From an uncultured Candidatus Saccharibacteria bacterium (lineage in GTDB: Bacteria; Patescibacteriota; Minisyncoccia; Phycocordibacterales; GWA1-40-21): DNA of 57,526 nt. The stretch spans positions 1-57,526 of the forward strand of contig CAZEMP010000002.1 of assembly GCA_964513515.1 (NCBI GenBank), in the 5' to 3' direction. A program made the translations under genes and the position numbers. Below the pieces are notes generated by a model that saw only the letters and a program-made list of their open reading frames with translations, was not told the origin of the DNA and made no database searches. This document shows positions 1 to 9,611 of the stretch, in pieces. Numbering within the stretch: position 1 is the stretch's first letter; every line of letters starts with the position of its first letter.

Positions 1-764
1 CAGAAAAACATATTGCGCCAGAGCCAATGCCATATATAGTCATTGTTATAGATGAGCTTGCTGATATTATGATGGCGTATCCAAGAGAACTTGAGGCAGG
101 TATAGTCCGCCTAGCTCAAATGAGTCGCGCCGTCGGTATTCACCTTATACTCTCAACACAAAGACCTTCTGTTAATGTTATTACCGGTATTATTAAAGCA
201 AACATACCTTCTAGAATTGCACTCCAGGTTGTTTCTCAGATAGATTCAAGAACGATTTTAGATACACCTGGTGCTGAAAAACTTCTAGGAGCTGGAGATA
301 TGCTCTATATTGGAGGTGAAATGTCAAAGCCCGTAAGAATACAATCAGCATTCGTATCAGAAAAAGAAGTTAAAGAAGTAGTAAAATATTTAGCAAATTC
401 ATATAAAGATGAACTCATAGGTGGAGAAATTGACCTTGGTGAGGTGGCTAAGAGTGGTGATAGCGATGGGGTTGGAGTATTTAATAGCCTAGAAGATGGA
501 GATGATGATGAGCTATATGAACAGGCGAAAGAAGAGGTTCTGAAGGCTGGAAAAGCTTCTACTTCTTATATACAGAGAAAACTTAGAGTTGGATACTCAA
601 GAGCTGCCAGACTTATTGATTTACTTGAGCAAAAGGGCGTGATAGGTCCTGGAGATGGGGCAAAAGCAAGAGAAGTGATTGGTAATGGAAATGGTACTAC
701 TGTAGATGAAGAAGAGCAGGTTGAATTGGAAGGAGTAGAACATAAAGATGGAGACTATTTGTAA
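1..764 (+). CDS. ftsK: DNA translocase FtsK/SpoIIIE, C-terminal portion (5' end outside the window)
   Basis: The frame is open from nt 3. Motifs [12 protein letters not shown] and [10 protein letters not shown] and the C-terminal winged-helix gamma domain [30 protein letters not shown] are typical of FtsK. Confidence 0.92.
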   Translation, partial: EKHIAPEPMPYIVIVIDELADIMMAYPRELEAGIVRLAQMSRAVGIHLILSTQRPSVNVITGIIKANIPSRIALQVVSQIDSRTILDTPGAEKLLGAGDMLYIGGEMSKPVRIQSAFVSEKEVKEVVKYLANSYKDELIGGEIDLGEVAKSGDSDGVGVFNSLEDGDDDELYEQAKEEVLKAGKASTSYIQRKLRVGYSRAARLIDLLEQKGVIGPGDGAKAREVIGNGNGTTVDEEEQVELEGVEHKDGDYL

Positions 765-783
765 TCGGAAATAAGCATATTTT

Positions 784-1137
784 ATGACAGACAGACATGC
801 AACCAGAAAACTTCTAAAAATAATCCTTATTTCTATAATCTTACTATTTCTATTTGGATATACTGGATATGAAATACAAAAAATGCTTTTTGGTCCTAGA
901 ATAGAAATATTATCACCAAAAAATGGATCTTTAATATCTAATCCCCTAACGGAAATATTTGGTCTAGCTTACAATATAAAAGATATCACCCTAAATGATA
1001 GGAAAATTTTTATAGATGAAAAAGGTAATTTTAAAGAAAAACTTTTACTATCTTATGGTTACAATGCTTTTGTTATAAAAGCATCTGATAAGTTTGGTAA
1101 AAATACAGAAAAAGTAGTTGAGGTTATATATAAATAG
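784..1137 (+). CDS. small membrane-anchored hypothetical protein
   Basis: 117-aa ORF 20 nt after ftsK. It has one hydrophobic N-terminal helix (LLKIILISIILLFLFGYTGY) followed by a beta-rich segment. No family recognised. Confidence 0.5.
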   Translation: MTDRHATRKLLKIILISIILLFLFGYTGYEIQKMLFGPRIEILSPKNGSLISNPLTEIFGLAYNIKDITLNDRKIFIDEKGNFKEKLLLSYGYNAFVIKASDKFGKNTEKVVEVIYK

Positions 1138-1206
1138 GATACGAAAATTATACGAATATTACGAATGGCTACGAATAAATACAAAAATAATAATACATTA
1201 TGATAC

Positions 1207-1282
1207 GTGTCATTCCCGCGCAGGCGGGAATCTAGTATCAGATTCAATTAATAATGGATTCCCGCCTGCGCGGGAATGACAC
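1207..1282. repeat. perfect 26-bp inverted repeat with a 24-nt spacer; REP/MITE-like GC palindrome pair upstream of recA
   Basis: GTGTCATTCCCGCGCAGGCGGGAATC (1207-1232) and its exact reverse complement (1257-1282). Each arm also contains the palindrome ATTCCCGC-nnnn-GCGGGAAT. ORF 1059..1247 (..RLRGND..) is just its translation. Confidence 0.8.
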
Positions 1283-1333
1283 CTGTGATATAATTACCGA
1301 GAAATTGATTTTATAAATTTTAATAAACTAAAT

Positions 1334-2422
1334 ATGCCCAAAAAAACGAAAGAAAAGAAAGTTGTGACAGAAGGATCTCTCGAAGTAACATCTGGTGATG
1401 AAAACACAAAAGAAGCTGAAACAAATAAAAAATCTGATAAAGCAAGCGCACATAAAATAGAAGATGCTATTGATGCCATAAAAACAAAATTTGGTGATGA
1501 TTCTATTATGATGCTTGGGGAAAAACCCAAATTAAACATTAATGTCATCCCTACTGGATCTATCGGTCTTGATGCTGCACTCGGTGTTGGAGGACTGCCT
1601 CGTGGAAGAATAATAGAAATATTTGGTCCAGAATCAAGTGGTAAGACTACCCTAGCTCTTCACGCTGTAGCTGAAGCTCAAAAAATGGATGGCGTATGTG
1701 CATACATTGATGCAGAACATGCGATGGATCCAGAATATGCGAAAAAGCTTGGAGTAAAAATAGATCAACTTTTAATATCTCAACCAGATAATGGTGAGCA
1801 AGCGCTCGATATTGTCGATAGCTTAGTCCGTTCAGGCAAAATAGATATCATAGTAATAGACTCTGTGGCTGCACTTACCCCTCGTGATGAGATAGAGGGA
1901 GATATGGGGGCATATCATGTCGGTAAACAAGCAAGGCTCATGTCACAAGCCCTAAGAAAGCTCACAGCTATCGTAGCAAAGTCTAAAACTATTGTTATCT
2001 TTATAAATCAAATAAGAATGCAAATTGGAATGATGTTTGGTAATCCAGAAACTACACCCGGTGGAAAAGCCTTAAAATTTTATACTTCTGTAAGGCTGGA
2101 CATAAGAAGAATTGCCCAAATAAAGAAGGGTGAGGAAATTATGGGTGGACGTATTAGAGTGAAGGTTGTAAAAAATAAAGTCGCTGCCCCTTTCAAGCAA
2201 ACAGAGTTCGACCTTATGTACAATGAAGGAATTTCTCGAGAAGGTGAAATATTGGCTCTTGGAGAAAAAATGGAACTTATTAAAAAGTCTGGTTCATCTT
2301 ACGAATACAATGGTGAGAAAATCGGCCGAGGATACGATTCTGCAAGAACTTATTTAAAAGAAAATAGTAAAGTGGCTTCTGCAATTTTGAAAGAAATAAG
2401 AGCGAAGTTAAAAGAAATGTAG
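1334..2422 (+). CDS. recA: recombinase RecA
   Basis: [24 protein letters not shown] Walker A region, IDAEHA and VIDSVAAL motifs; full-length similarity to RecA. Confidence 0.97.
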   Translation: MPKKTKEKKVVTEGSLEVTSGDENTKEAETNKKSDKASAHKIEDAIDAIKTKFGDDSIMMLGEKPKLNINVIPTGSIGLDAALGVGGLPRGRIIEIFGPESSGKTTLALHAVAEAQKMDGVCAYIDAEHAMDPEYAKKLGVKIDQLLISQPDNGEQALDIVDSLVRSGKIDIIVIDSVAALTPRDEIEGDMGAYHVGKQARLMSQALRKLTAIVAKSKTIVIFINQIRMQIGMMFGNPETTPGGKALKFYTSVRLDIRRIAQIKKGEEIMGGRIRVKVVKNKVAAPFKQTEFDLMYNEGISREGEILALGEKMELIKKSGSSYEYNGEKIGRGYDSARTYLKENSKVASAILKEIRAKLKEM

Positions 2423-2465
2423 GTTAGGTTTTAGGTGCTAGCTTCTAGGTTTTAGAAAATAATTC

Positions 2466-2498
2466 AAAAGACGAGTTCGCTTCGCGAACTCGTCTTTT
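2466..2498. terminator. bidirectional intrinsic terminator between convergent recA and efp
   Basis: AAAAGACGAGTTCGC-ttc-GCGAACTCGTCTTTT: a 15-bp stem flanked by A-run and T-run. Confidence 0.8.
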
Positions 2499-2507
2499 GA
2501 ATTTATA

Positions 2508-3080
2508 TTACTTTCCAGCTCTCGATACGTATTCTCCAGTTTCTGTATTAATAGTGATCATCTCCCCTTCTGTTATAAATAGTGGTCCATTTATAATAGC
2601 TCCCGTCTCAAGGGTAATTTGTTTTGTTCCACCACTTGATGTATCCCCTCTTACTGCCGGTGGAGCTTCGGTTACCTTAAGGTCTACTTTTATAGGAAGA
2701 TGTACTCCGATCACTTTTTCATCAAAAATCATTGTTTCTACAACAGAGTTTGCCTTCATAAACTTAGCAGGATTTCCAATTATCTCTTCTTCAAGCTTAA
2801 ATCTATTTGAAGGATCTTTTGGATCACAAAACCAAAACTCACCCTTACTTTTATATAGAAATTTTGCGTCTTTGTATTCTATATCAGCTTCAGCTATCTT
2901 TTCTGATTGATGAAAAGATATTTCTGTTATCTTACCAGTGATAAGATTCTTTAATTTGGTAGCGTTTACTGGCTTTCTTTGTTGCTTACGAAAAACGTGA
3001 GAATGTAAAACTTCATAAGGTTGTCCCTCATGAAGAATAATTTTTCTTTCTACTACTTCACTATAATCCAAAATAGCCAT
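2508..3080 (-). CDS. efp: translation elongation factor P
   Basis: 190 aa. The N-terminal KOW-like region (ILHEGQPYEVLHSHVFRKQQRKPVNATKLKNLITGK) and the VTEAPPAVRGDTSSGGTKQITLETG motif are typical EF-P. Confidence 0.95.
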   Translation of the reverse strand: MAILDYSEVVERKIILHEGQPYEVLHSHVFRKQQRKPVNATKLKNLITGKITEISFHQSEKIAEADIEYKDAKFLYKSKGEFWFCDPKDPSNRFKLEEEIIGNPAKFMKANSVVETMIFDEKVIGVHLPIKVDLKVTEAPPAVRGDTSSGGTKQITLETGAIINGPLFITEGEMITINTETGEYVSRAGK

Positions 3081-3087
3081 AATATTT

Positions 3088-3288
3088 CTATCTAGCTACG
3101 AAAGGTAGTAGGGCCATAAATCTTGCTCTCTTTATTGCCTCTGAAAGTTGTCTTTGGCTTCTTGCACGAACATAAGTTTTTTTCTTACCTTGCATTCTTG
3201 CATGAGGATTTAAAAACTTCTTTAAAAGCTCTACATCTTTGTAATCAACGTACTTTATATTATTTTGTGAGAAAAAACACTGCTTCAT
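3088..3288 (-). CDS. rpsR: 30S ribosomal protein S18
   Basis: 66 aa with IKYVDYKDVELLKKFLNPHARM..RQLSEAIKRARFMALLPF, in the rpsF-ssb-rpsR arrangement. Confidence 0.9.
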   Translation of the reverse strand: MKQCFFSQNNIKYVDYKDVELLKKFLNPHARMQGKKKTYVRARSQRQLSEAIKRARFMALLPFVAR

Positions 3289-3316
3289 AATTTTTATTTA
3301 ATATTTAATTTTGGTT

Positions 3317-3769
3317 TTAAAAAGGTATGTCTTCTGGGTTAATTTCTTCTGTTGGATATTCAATTGTGTCCATCTGTTGCGCTTTATTACTTATTGGAGC
3401 TTCTGCTTGCGGTCTAGGTGCACTTTCGGCCCCTCTTCCTCCGCTTGGTCCAAACTGGAAATTATCTACTATTATTTCTGTTCTGTATTTCTTTGTTCCA
3501 TCATTCTTGTCATCCCAGCTTCTTGTCTCTATTCTTCCTTCTATAAATACACTACTTCCTTTCTTTAGGTATTGAGCCATGATCTCTGCTTGCTTACCAT
3601 AAGATACTATATTGTGAAAACTTACACTTTCTTGTTTAACACCGTTTTTATCTTTCCAAGTTCTGTTTGTAGCGAGTCCAAATGAGACAACTTTAATACC
3701 TGACGGCAAAGACTTAAGTTCTGGGTCTCTTGTTATATTTCCAAAAAGAAATGCTTTGTTTAAATACAT
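3317..3769 (-). CDS. ssb: single-stranded DNA-binding protein
   Basis: OB-fold N-terminus (MYLNKAFLFGNITRDPELK..), a Gly/Pro-rich linker and the acidic C-terminal tip EDIPF. Confidence 0.93.
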   Translation of the reverse strand: MYLNKAFLFGNITRDPELKSLPSGIKVVSFGLATNRTWKDKNGVKQESVSFHNIVSYGKQAEIMAQYLKKGSSVFIEGRIETRSWDDKNDGTKKYRTEIIVDNFQFGPSGGRGAESAPRPQAEAPISNKAQQMDTIEYPTEEINPEDIPF

Positions 3770-3782
3770 TTTTATTATAAAT

Positions 3783-4289
3783 TTATGCCTCCTCTACCAC
3801 CAATGCATCTATTGATTTATCTATCTCTTCTACACTAGCTGACTTTTCAGTATTCAAAACTTTTTCTTCTTTAAATGTTTTCTTTAATTTACCTTCCTTG
3901 TCTGAGAAAACGGTAATTTTTGGAGAGTACATGGTATTTTCTCTTACAGTTTTTATGACAATGTATCTTAAAACTGATTCATTGGCCTTTAAGCTATTAT
4001 CTATATTTCTAATATCACCATTCTCACCCATCTCAAACTTCATAAATCCAAAATATGCCTTATCAAAAGTCTTGTAAGATCCTCCGTATGCTTTTTTGAT
4101 AGAATAAGCTAAAGGTCTAAGCTTTGGAGCTTCTTCTGATATAATTGTTGCTTTTTCCTTAGCCAAATATCCTTTTATTTTTTCAACTTCTGCTCCAAGA
4201 TTTTCTTCTGATACAGACGAAACAATATGATATCCGACTTCGTATATCTTTTCTTCGTTATTTTTTGCAACTGTTGCCTTTTTACTCAT
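3783..4289 (-). CDS. rpsF: 30S ribosomal protein S6 with a C-terminal extension
   Basis: YEVGYHIVSS...LRPLAYSIKK core in the conserved position upstream of ssb. 168 aa is longer than typical S6. Confidence 0.8.
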   Translation of the reverse strand: MSKKATVAKNNEEKIYEVGYHIVSSVSEENLGAEVEKIKGYLAKEKATIISEEAPKLRPLAYSIKKAYGGSYKTFDKAYFGFMKFEMGENGDIRNIDNSLKANESVLRYIVIKTVRENTMYSPKITVFSDKEGKLKKTFKEEKVLNTEKSASVEEIDKSIDALVVEEA

Positions 4290-4358
4290 AGGCGAAATCC
4301 TATCATGATATTAGCCATATTGCAACAGAAATCGACTAGTCTGCCAACCGAACAAATC

Positions 4359-5627
4359 CTAGAAATGGAGTATGTCTTTAAATTCCCTATCGTCCTTAAA
4401 CTTGCCAACTATAGCCAAATTTAAACCCTCATCTTTAAAAATTCTCTCTGCAATAAATTTTATCTGTTCTGCGGTAACAGCTTTTATCTCTTTTATTATA
4501 TCTTGTGGTTTTTTTATATCTTTTCTCAAGACTTCCTGTGCACCATAATACATAGCAAGAGAATCGGACGATTCCAATCCTAGATTTAGACCACCTATCA
4601 AATGTTGTTTTGCTTTGTTCAATTCATCAGATTTTACTAGAGTTGTCTTTAGTTTATTCAGCTCTGAAAGCATAGTGGTGATAGCCTCTTTGACTCTTTT
4701 GCTATCTACACCGGCAGAAATTGAAAAGAATCCATGGTCGGTCAATTCATCATTGCTTGCTGTAACATAATAACAAATGCCCATCTCGTCTCTCAATTTT
4801 TGAAAAAGTCTTGAGCTCATGCCTCCAGACAATACGCCATTGAGGACCATTATGATTGGATTGTATTTATTGTAAGTATTAAATGACCTTACACCAAGTA
4901 TCATATGTGTTTGGTCAGTATCTTTGTAATGAAGTGCGACTTGAGGTGTTTTCTGAGTTTCAACCACTTTTTCCTTTCCATCTTTTTTCCATTTACCTAT
5001 ATCCTTGAAAACTTTGGTAACTTTTTTTATTACTTCTTTTTCATTTATTTTTCCAGAAACTATAACAGTAGTAGCAGAAGCAACGTAATGCTTGCTTGTA
5101 TAATCAATAAAGTCGGTTCTCTTCATTTTCAAAATATTTTCTTTTACTCCAGCCACATTCCATCCAGCAGGCACATCTCCATATAAAAGTTTTATAAATT
5201 CATATTCAACGATTTTTCTAGGCAAATCGTTATACATATTTATTTCCTCTATAATTACACCTTTCTCTTTTTCTATTTCCTTTTCTGGAAAAACAGGATT
5301 CAAATAAATATCAGAGACGACATCGAGGATCGTATCTATATTCTTATAGTCCGACTTTGCATGATACCCTGTATATTCATACCCTGTAAATGCGTTGTAT
5401 TCTGCTCCAATAGTGTCTAATTCACGTGTTATGTGAAATGCGGAAGGTCTTTTTGAAGTACCTTTAAAGCACATATGTTCAAGAAAATGAGATATACCGT
5501 TGTTTTCCTTTTTTTCGTATTTTGAGCCAGTCTCCACCAGTACAAGTACTGTAGCGGTAGGATTTTCTTTCATAGGAATGGTAATAATCCTCATTCCATT
5601 TTTTAATTTCTTTTTAGTGTAATTCAT
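4359..5627 (-). CDS. M16 (pitrilysin/insulinase) family zinc peptidase
   Basis: Inverted zinc motif HFLEHMCFKGT near the N-terminus; length about 420 aa is typical of M16B. Confidence 0.85.
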   Translation of the reverse strand: MNYTKKKLKNGMRIITIPMKENPTATVLVLVETGSKYEKKENNGISHFLEHMCFKGTSKRPSAFHITRELDTIGAEYNAFTGYEYTGYHAKSDYKNIDTILDVVSDIYLNPVFPEKEIEKEKGVIIEEINMYNDLPRKIVEYEFIKLLYGDVPAGWNVAGVKENILKMKRTDFIDYTSKHYVASATTVIVSGKINEKEVIKKVTKVFKDIGKWKKDGKEKVVETQKTPQVALHYKDTDQTHMILGVRSFNTYNKYNPIIMVLNGVLSGGMSSRLFQKLRDEMGICYYVTASNDELTDHGFFSISAGVDSKRVKEAITTMLSELNKLKTTLVKSDELNKAKQHLIGGLNLGLESSDSLAMYYGAQEVLRKDIKKPQDIIKEIKAVTAEQIKFIAERIFKDEGLNLAIVGKFKDDREFKDILHF

Positions 5628-5660
5628 TTAAAATGCGAATAAAGCAATAATTGCCAATAA

Positions 5661-6977
5661 TTAATTTAGAAGTTTTCTGAAATGCTCTACCAGATCCTCA
5701 ATTTTTACTCGCGCTTGTTCTCCAGTATCTCTATCTCTAACTGTAACCATATTATCTTTTTCTATTGTCTCAAAATCTACCGTGACACAATATGGGGTAC
5801 CGATTTCATCTTGTCTTCTATATCTTTTACCAATATTTCCATTGTCATCAAACATTACTAAACCAAACTCCTTCTTTAAATTTTTATATACTTCCCTAGC
5901 CTTTTCTACTAAGACTGGCTTATTTTTTAAAAGAGGAAAAATAGCAATTTTTACCGGAGCAACTTTTGGATTAAATTTCAAATAAACTCTTTTCTCACCT
6001 CCAAGATCATCTTCTGTATAGGCATCAGAAATTACAGCTAAAACTGATCTATCCAAACCAAAAGAAGGCTCGATGCAGTGTGGTACAAACTTTTCTTTTG
6101 TTTCTTCATCCATATATGACAATTCTACACCGCTGTGTTCAGAATGTTTTTTTAAATCATAATCTGTTCTATAAGCTAAGCCGTACAGCTCATTCTTACC
6201 AAAAGGAAACTCAAATTCAAAATCTATTGTTCTTTTTGAATAAAAAGCTCTGTCTTCATCTTCTATCTCATGTTCATATACATGCTCCGACTTTAAACCA
6301 ATTTCCTTCGTAAAATCAATCATTTCATTTCTAAAATGTTCAAAGGTATTCTTCCATTCATCTGGTTTTACTAGATACTCTATTTCCATCTGTTCAAATT
6401 CTCTAGATCGGAAAGTAAAATCACGAGGTGCGATTTCATTTCTAAAAGCCTTACCAACTTGAGCCATGCCAAAGGGTAATTTAGGATGATATGAATCAAT
6501 AATATTTTTATAATTTACAAACATACCTTGTGCGGTCTCTGGTCTTAGATATGAAATAGATGAATCATCGGCAATTGCACCAATATTTGTCTTAAACATC
6601 ATATTAAACTGTTTAGACTCGCCCATCTGACCTCCACATTCACATTTTTTAGTATCAACAAGCTGATCAGCCCTAAATCTTTTTTTACATTTTTTACATT
6701 CTACCAATGGATCGGAAAAGTTGTCAGCATGCCCTGTTGCCTGCCACACTTTTTGGTTCATCAAAATATCGGCATCTACTCCATACATATCTTCACGATC
6801 TGTAACGAATTTTTTCCACCATATATTCTTTATATTATTTTTTAAAGCTAGACCTAGATGTCCATAGTCCCATGTACCTGAAAGTCCTCCGTATATTTCA
6901 GATCCTTGAAATATAAAACCTCTTCTTTTGCAAAGAGAAATTATATCTTCCATTTTTTGATTTGATTCCTTTTTCAT
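5661..6977 (-). CDS. glyQS: glycine--tRNA ligase (dimeric GlyQS type)
   Basis: RRGFIFQGSEIYGGLSGTWDYGHLG, FRNEIAPR and SFGLDR class II motifs. Confidence 0.93.
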   Translation of the reverse strand: MKKESNQKMEDIISLCKRRGFIFQGSEIYGGLSGTWDYGHLGLALKNNIKNIWWKKFVTDREDMYGVDADILMNQKVWQATGHADNFSDPLVECKKCKKRFRADQLVDTKKCECGGQMGESKQFNMMFKTNIGAIADDSSISYLRPETAQGMFVNYKNIIDSYHPKLPFGMAQVGKAFRNEIAPRDFTFRSREFEQMEIEYLVKPDEWKNTFEHFRNEMIDFTKEIGLKSEHVYEHEIEDEDRAFYSKRTIDFEFEFPFGKNELYGLAYRTDYDLKKHSEHSGVELSYMDEETKEKFVPHCIEPSFGLDRSVLAVISDAYTEDDLGGEKRVYLKFNPKVAPVKIAIFPLLKNKPVLVEKAREVYKNLKKEFGLVMFDDNGNIGKRYRRQDEIGTPYCVTVDFETIEKDNMVTVRDRDTGEQARVKIEDLVEHFRKLLN

Positions 6978-7036
6978 TACTATTCTAATTTACCTTAAAA
7001 AATATTTTTTAGCTAGGAAATACGGTCTTATTTATC

Positions 7037-8959
7037 CTAATTTACTACCTTTCCTATGTCGTTTACATATTCTGGGTCAGAAGTAATATTAGTTGTAATG
7101 GGGCTCTTTACCTCTCCCAATCTTGCACCTGAATAAGCATCTATTCCACTTATCGTCGCCTCATTTAACAAATTTATTTCTGAACCTACTTGTGTAATAG
7201 AAGGTACTATAGCAACTTGAAATGAAACGTCTTTTGTAGGGTAACTTGTACCTATACCAGATTTCATATCACCGATATTCCATGTCACTTGTCCGGTTCC
7301 TTTATCATATGTAACATTTTCTGATTCTGGACTAACAAAACCTGTCCATCTAACATTTGGAGGCAAGAAGGCGACAACTTTGGCTCCATTTATGTTATTA
7401 AACGAATTCGTTGCTGTCCATGTTATCGTGTAAGTTGTCTCATTATCTACTTTTGGTGGAAAAGGTCCACTATTTTCAAATGGTCCAACTGTTCTAAATC
7501 CTCTAGATAATAGTTTTAAGCTTGAAGATATTTTTAATGTTTTTGTATCAGAGTATAATATTTCCTGTTCGCCTGTACCATTAGCTCCTGCTCTACTACC
7601 CAAGACAGTAATTTTTAGTCCAATATTACTACTTGCATACGAAGCTAAAGATTTTAAAGATGGAGTAAGCACTCCAAAATCAAACCTCACATCTCCCTCA
7701 TCTGAAGGAGATACTTCAGAAAGTGATGAATTTCCGTTCCTATCAAAAACGATAAAATTGTTTGACGAATTATAAAAACCTTTCTCTGCTCTTATAGAGC
7801 CTTTATCTAAATTTTGACCAACAAAATCTACTCGCAGAGACATGTCATAAACTTTCTCCGCCAAATTATTCTTCCAAACAATGACTGCTCTATTTTTACT
7901 TAAGGTATCAATAGCTATTTCATTTCCAGACTGATCATTCACAGTTACATCAACACCAACTGACGATCTTTTTAAAGAAACATTAGAAACATATAGCGCA
8001 AGCGGTGTTCCAATGACAGTATCGTCATCTCTACTTTTTGTACCAACAGTAAATTTAAAAACTCTCTCTTCTCCATCTTGTCCAGAAACTGTACCTGAAA
8101 TTCTTATATTCCTTTTTGCTCCAGGGGCCAAGTCACCAATAGAAAAGACGTCACCAAGTGATCCAGCTGGTTTGGGATTTGAAGAAGACAATGTAAAGCC
8201 AAAAGGATAATCCACTTTCAATATCAAGTCTTTAACAATATTTACCGAGTTTGAGTTTATATCCACTGAAAAATCAGTAAGTTGGTTTGCGTTTATCTCA
8301 GATGGAGCATTTACTTTTATATTTACTGGGGAAGAAGATATTAAAATATTAAAATCTTTTTGTTTGCTAAAAATTGCACTTGAACCAGAAATTCTATATT
8401 CAACATTTATTTTAACAACTTTTAAAGAATTCTCTTCTCCATACAAAACCGATTTAATCAAACGTTTTTCACTTCTACCTATACTTATATCGCCCAAGAC
8501 TTCATTGTATCTTTTCATATCAACCGTTTGATCTGTCGGGCTTTTTGTTCCATCTGGATATTCTATACGCAAATCAACCACTTTTAAATCTATATTGTTA
8601 TTATTTTTGACTTCTATCTCAAGTGGCAGCTCTTCTCCTCCTGCAATAGATACCGGTCCGCTTACCAATATATCTATATTATTTCCCGATACCACATTAT
8701 TTCCTAAGAAAAATTTGGAAAATGTAAAGACTAGAGCAAAAATAAAAAAAATAAAGGCTCCCAAAAGAATCTTGTTGTATGGAATTTGAAAATTACTTTC
8801 TGTTTCCTCCCTCTCTACATTCCAACCTACAGTCGGTCTTGTACTCGCTGTATCTTGTAGAGAATGTCTTCTTTTAGTAAAAATAGCATCCGTACTTCTT
8901 GAATAGAGAGAATCTTTTACCTTTTCTATATTATCTTTTTTCTCATTATCATCATTCAT
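7037..8959 (-). CDS. large membrane-anchored hypothetical protein with repeated beta-sandwich-like segments
   Basis: 640-aa ORF. One TM (ILLGAFIFFIFALVFTF) follows a charged N-terminus, and the rest is beta-rich and extracytoplasmic. No family named. Confidence 0.6.
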   Translation of the reverse strand: MNDDNEKKDNIEKVKDSLYSRSTDAIFTKRRHSLQDTASTRPTVGWNVEREETESNFQIPYNKILLGAFIFFIFALVFTFSKFFLGNNVVSGNNIDILVSGPVSIAGGEELPLEIEVKNNNNIDLKVVDLRIEYPDGTKSPTDQTVDMKRYNEVLGDISIGRSEKRLIKSVLYGEENSLKVVKINVEYRISGSSAIFSKQKDFNILISSSPVNIKVNAPSEINANQLTDFSVDINSNSVNIVKDLILKVDYPFGFTLSSSNPKPAGSLGDVFSIGDLAPGAKRNIRISGTVSGQDGEERVFKFTVGTKSRDDDTVIGTPLALYVSNVSLKRSSVGVDVTVNDQSGNEIAIDTLSKNRAVIVWKNNLAEKVYDMSLRVDFVGQNLDKGSIRAEKGFYNSSNNFIVFDRNGNSSLSEVSPSDEGDVRFDFGVLTPSLKSLASYASSNIGLKITVLGSRAGANGTGEQEILYSDTKTLKISSSLKLLSRGFRTVGPFENSGPFPPKVDNETTYTITWTATNSFNNINGAKVVAFLPPNVRWTGFVSPESENVTYDKGTGQVTWNIGDMKSGIGTSYPTKDVSFQVAIVPSITQVGSEINLLNEATISGIDAYSGARLGEVKSPITTNITSDPEYVNDIGKVVN

Positions 8960-9007
8960 AAAATATAATCGATATTATACCATATTGTTTTATGGCCAAA
9001 AACGTTT

Positions 9008-9589
9008 CTACAAATGACTCTCTTTGAGTGCGTTGTTGATATCAAGAATTGCCATTTTTTTCTTATCATCAAATAAATTTAGCTTTTTTACAGAAAGATC
9101 ATTGTCCATGACAAAATCAAATAGATCAAAAGATTTTTTAAAATATCCGAGATGATACAAGATTCTTAAAACAGTTATTGTTTCTAAATTGTGTATATCG
9201 TCAACAGATAATTCATTTTTTAGGAGAAAATTATAAAAAGACTCAACACTGTTAAATAAGGCCTCATTTTTTTCTTCTCCGTGTAGTAATCTCAAAAGTA
9301 AAGAGAAGGTGTTCTTAATAGCAATAAGCTTACTGGTATCGGAAACGCTTATATATTCCAGTGTTTCAGCACCCACAACGCGCCATACATCCCTTCCCCT
9401 TACCAAAGATAGACTGGCGAGCAAATAATCCTGCAAATGACCTTTTAGCTTGGACTTTTGTAGACGCACACCTTGAGCAGTAGCTTTTATAAAACCAAGA
9501 TCACAGGTTAATAAAAGATAGTATTTATTTGCCTCCCCTGTCGCCAAACCTTTTATAATGAAAGCCTTGGTCGTATATATGTGATGCAT
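9008..9589 (-). CDS. recO: probable DNA repair protein RecO (short form)
   Basis: N-terminal OB-fold pattern (TKAFIIKGLATGEANKYYLLLTCDLGFIKATAQGVRLQKSKLKGHLQ) resembles RecO. At 193 aa it is shorter than canonical RecO. Confidence 0.6.
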   Translation of the reverse strand: MHHIYTTKAFIIKGLATGEANKYYLLLTCDLGFIKATAQGVRLQKSKLKGHLQDYLLASLSLVRGRDVWRVVGAETLEYISVSDTSKLIAIKNTFSLLLRLLHGEEKNEALFNSVESFYNFLLKNELSVDDIHNLETITVLRILYHLGYFKKSFDLFDFVMDNDLSVKKLNLFDDKKKMAILDINNALKESHL

Positions 9590-9611
9590 ATGTATTCAGA
9601 AAAGAAATATT

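Noticed and set aside
1059-1247. 62-aa ORF (..LDSRLRGNDTYH..)
   Set aside because: It is the translation of the GC palindromic repeat and of the 3' end of the neighbouring gene on the opposite strand, and it has no start context.
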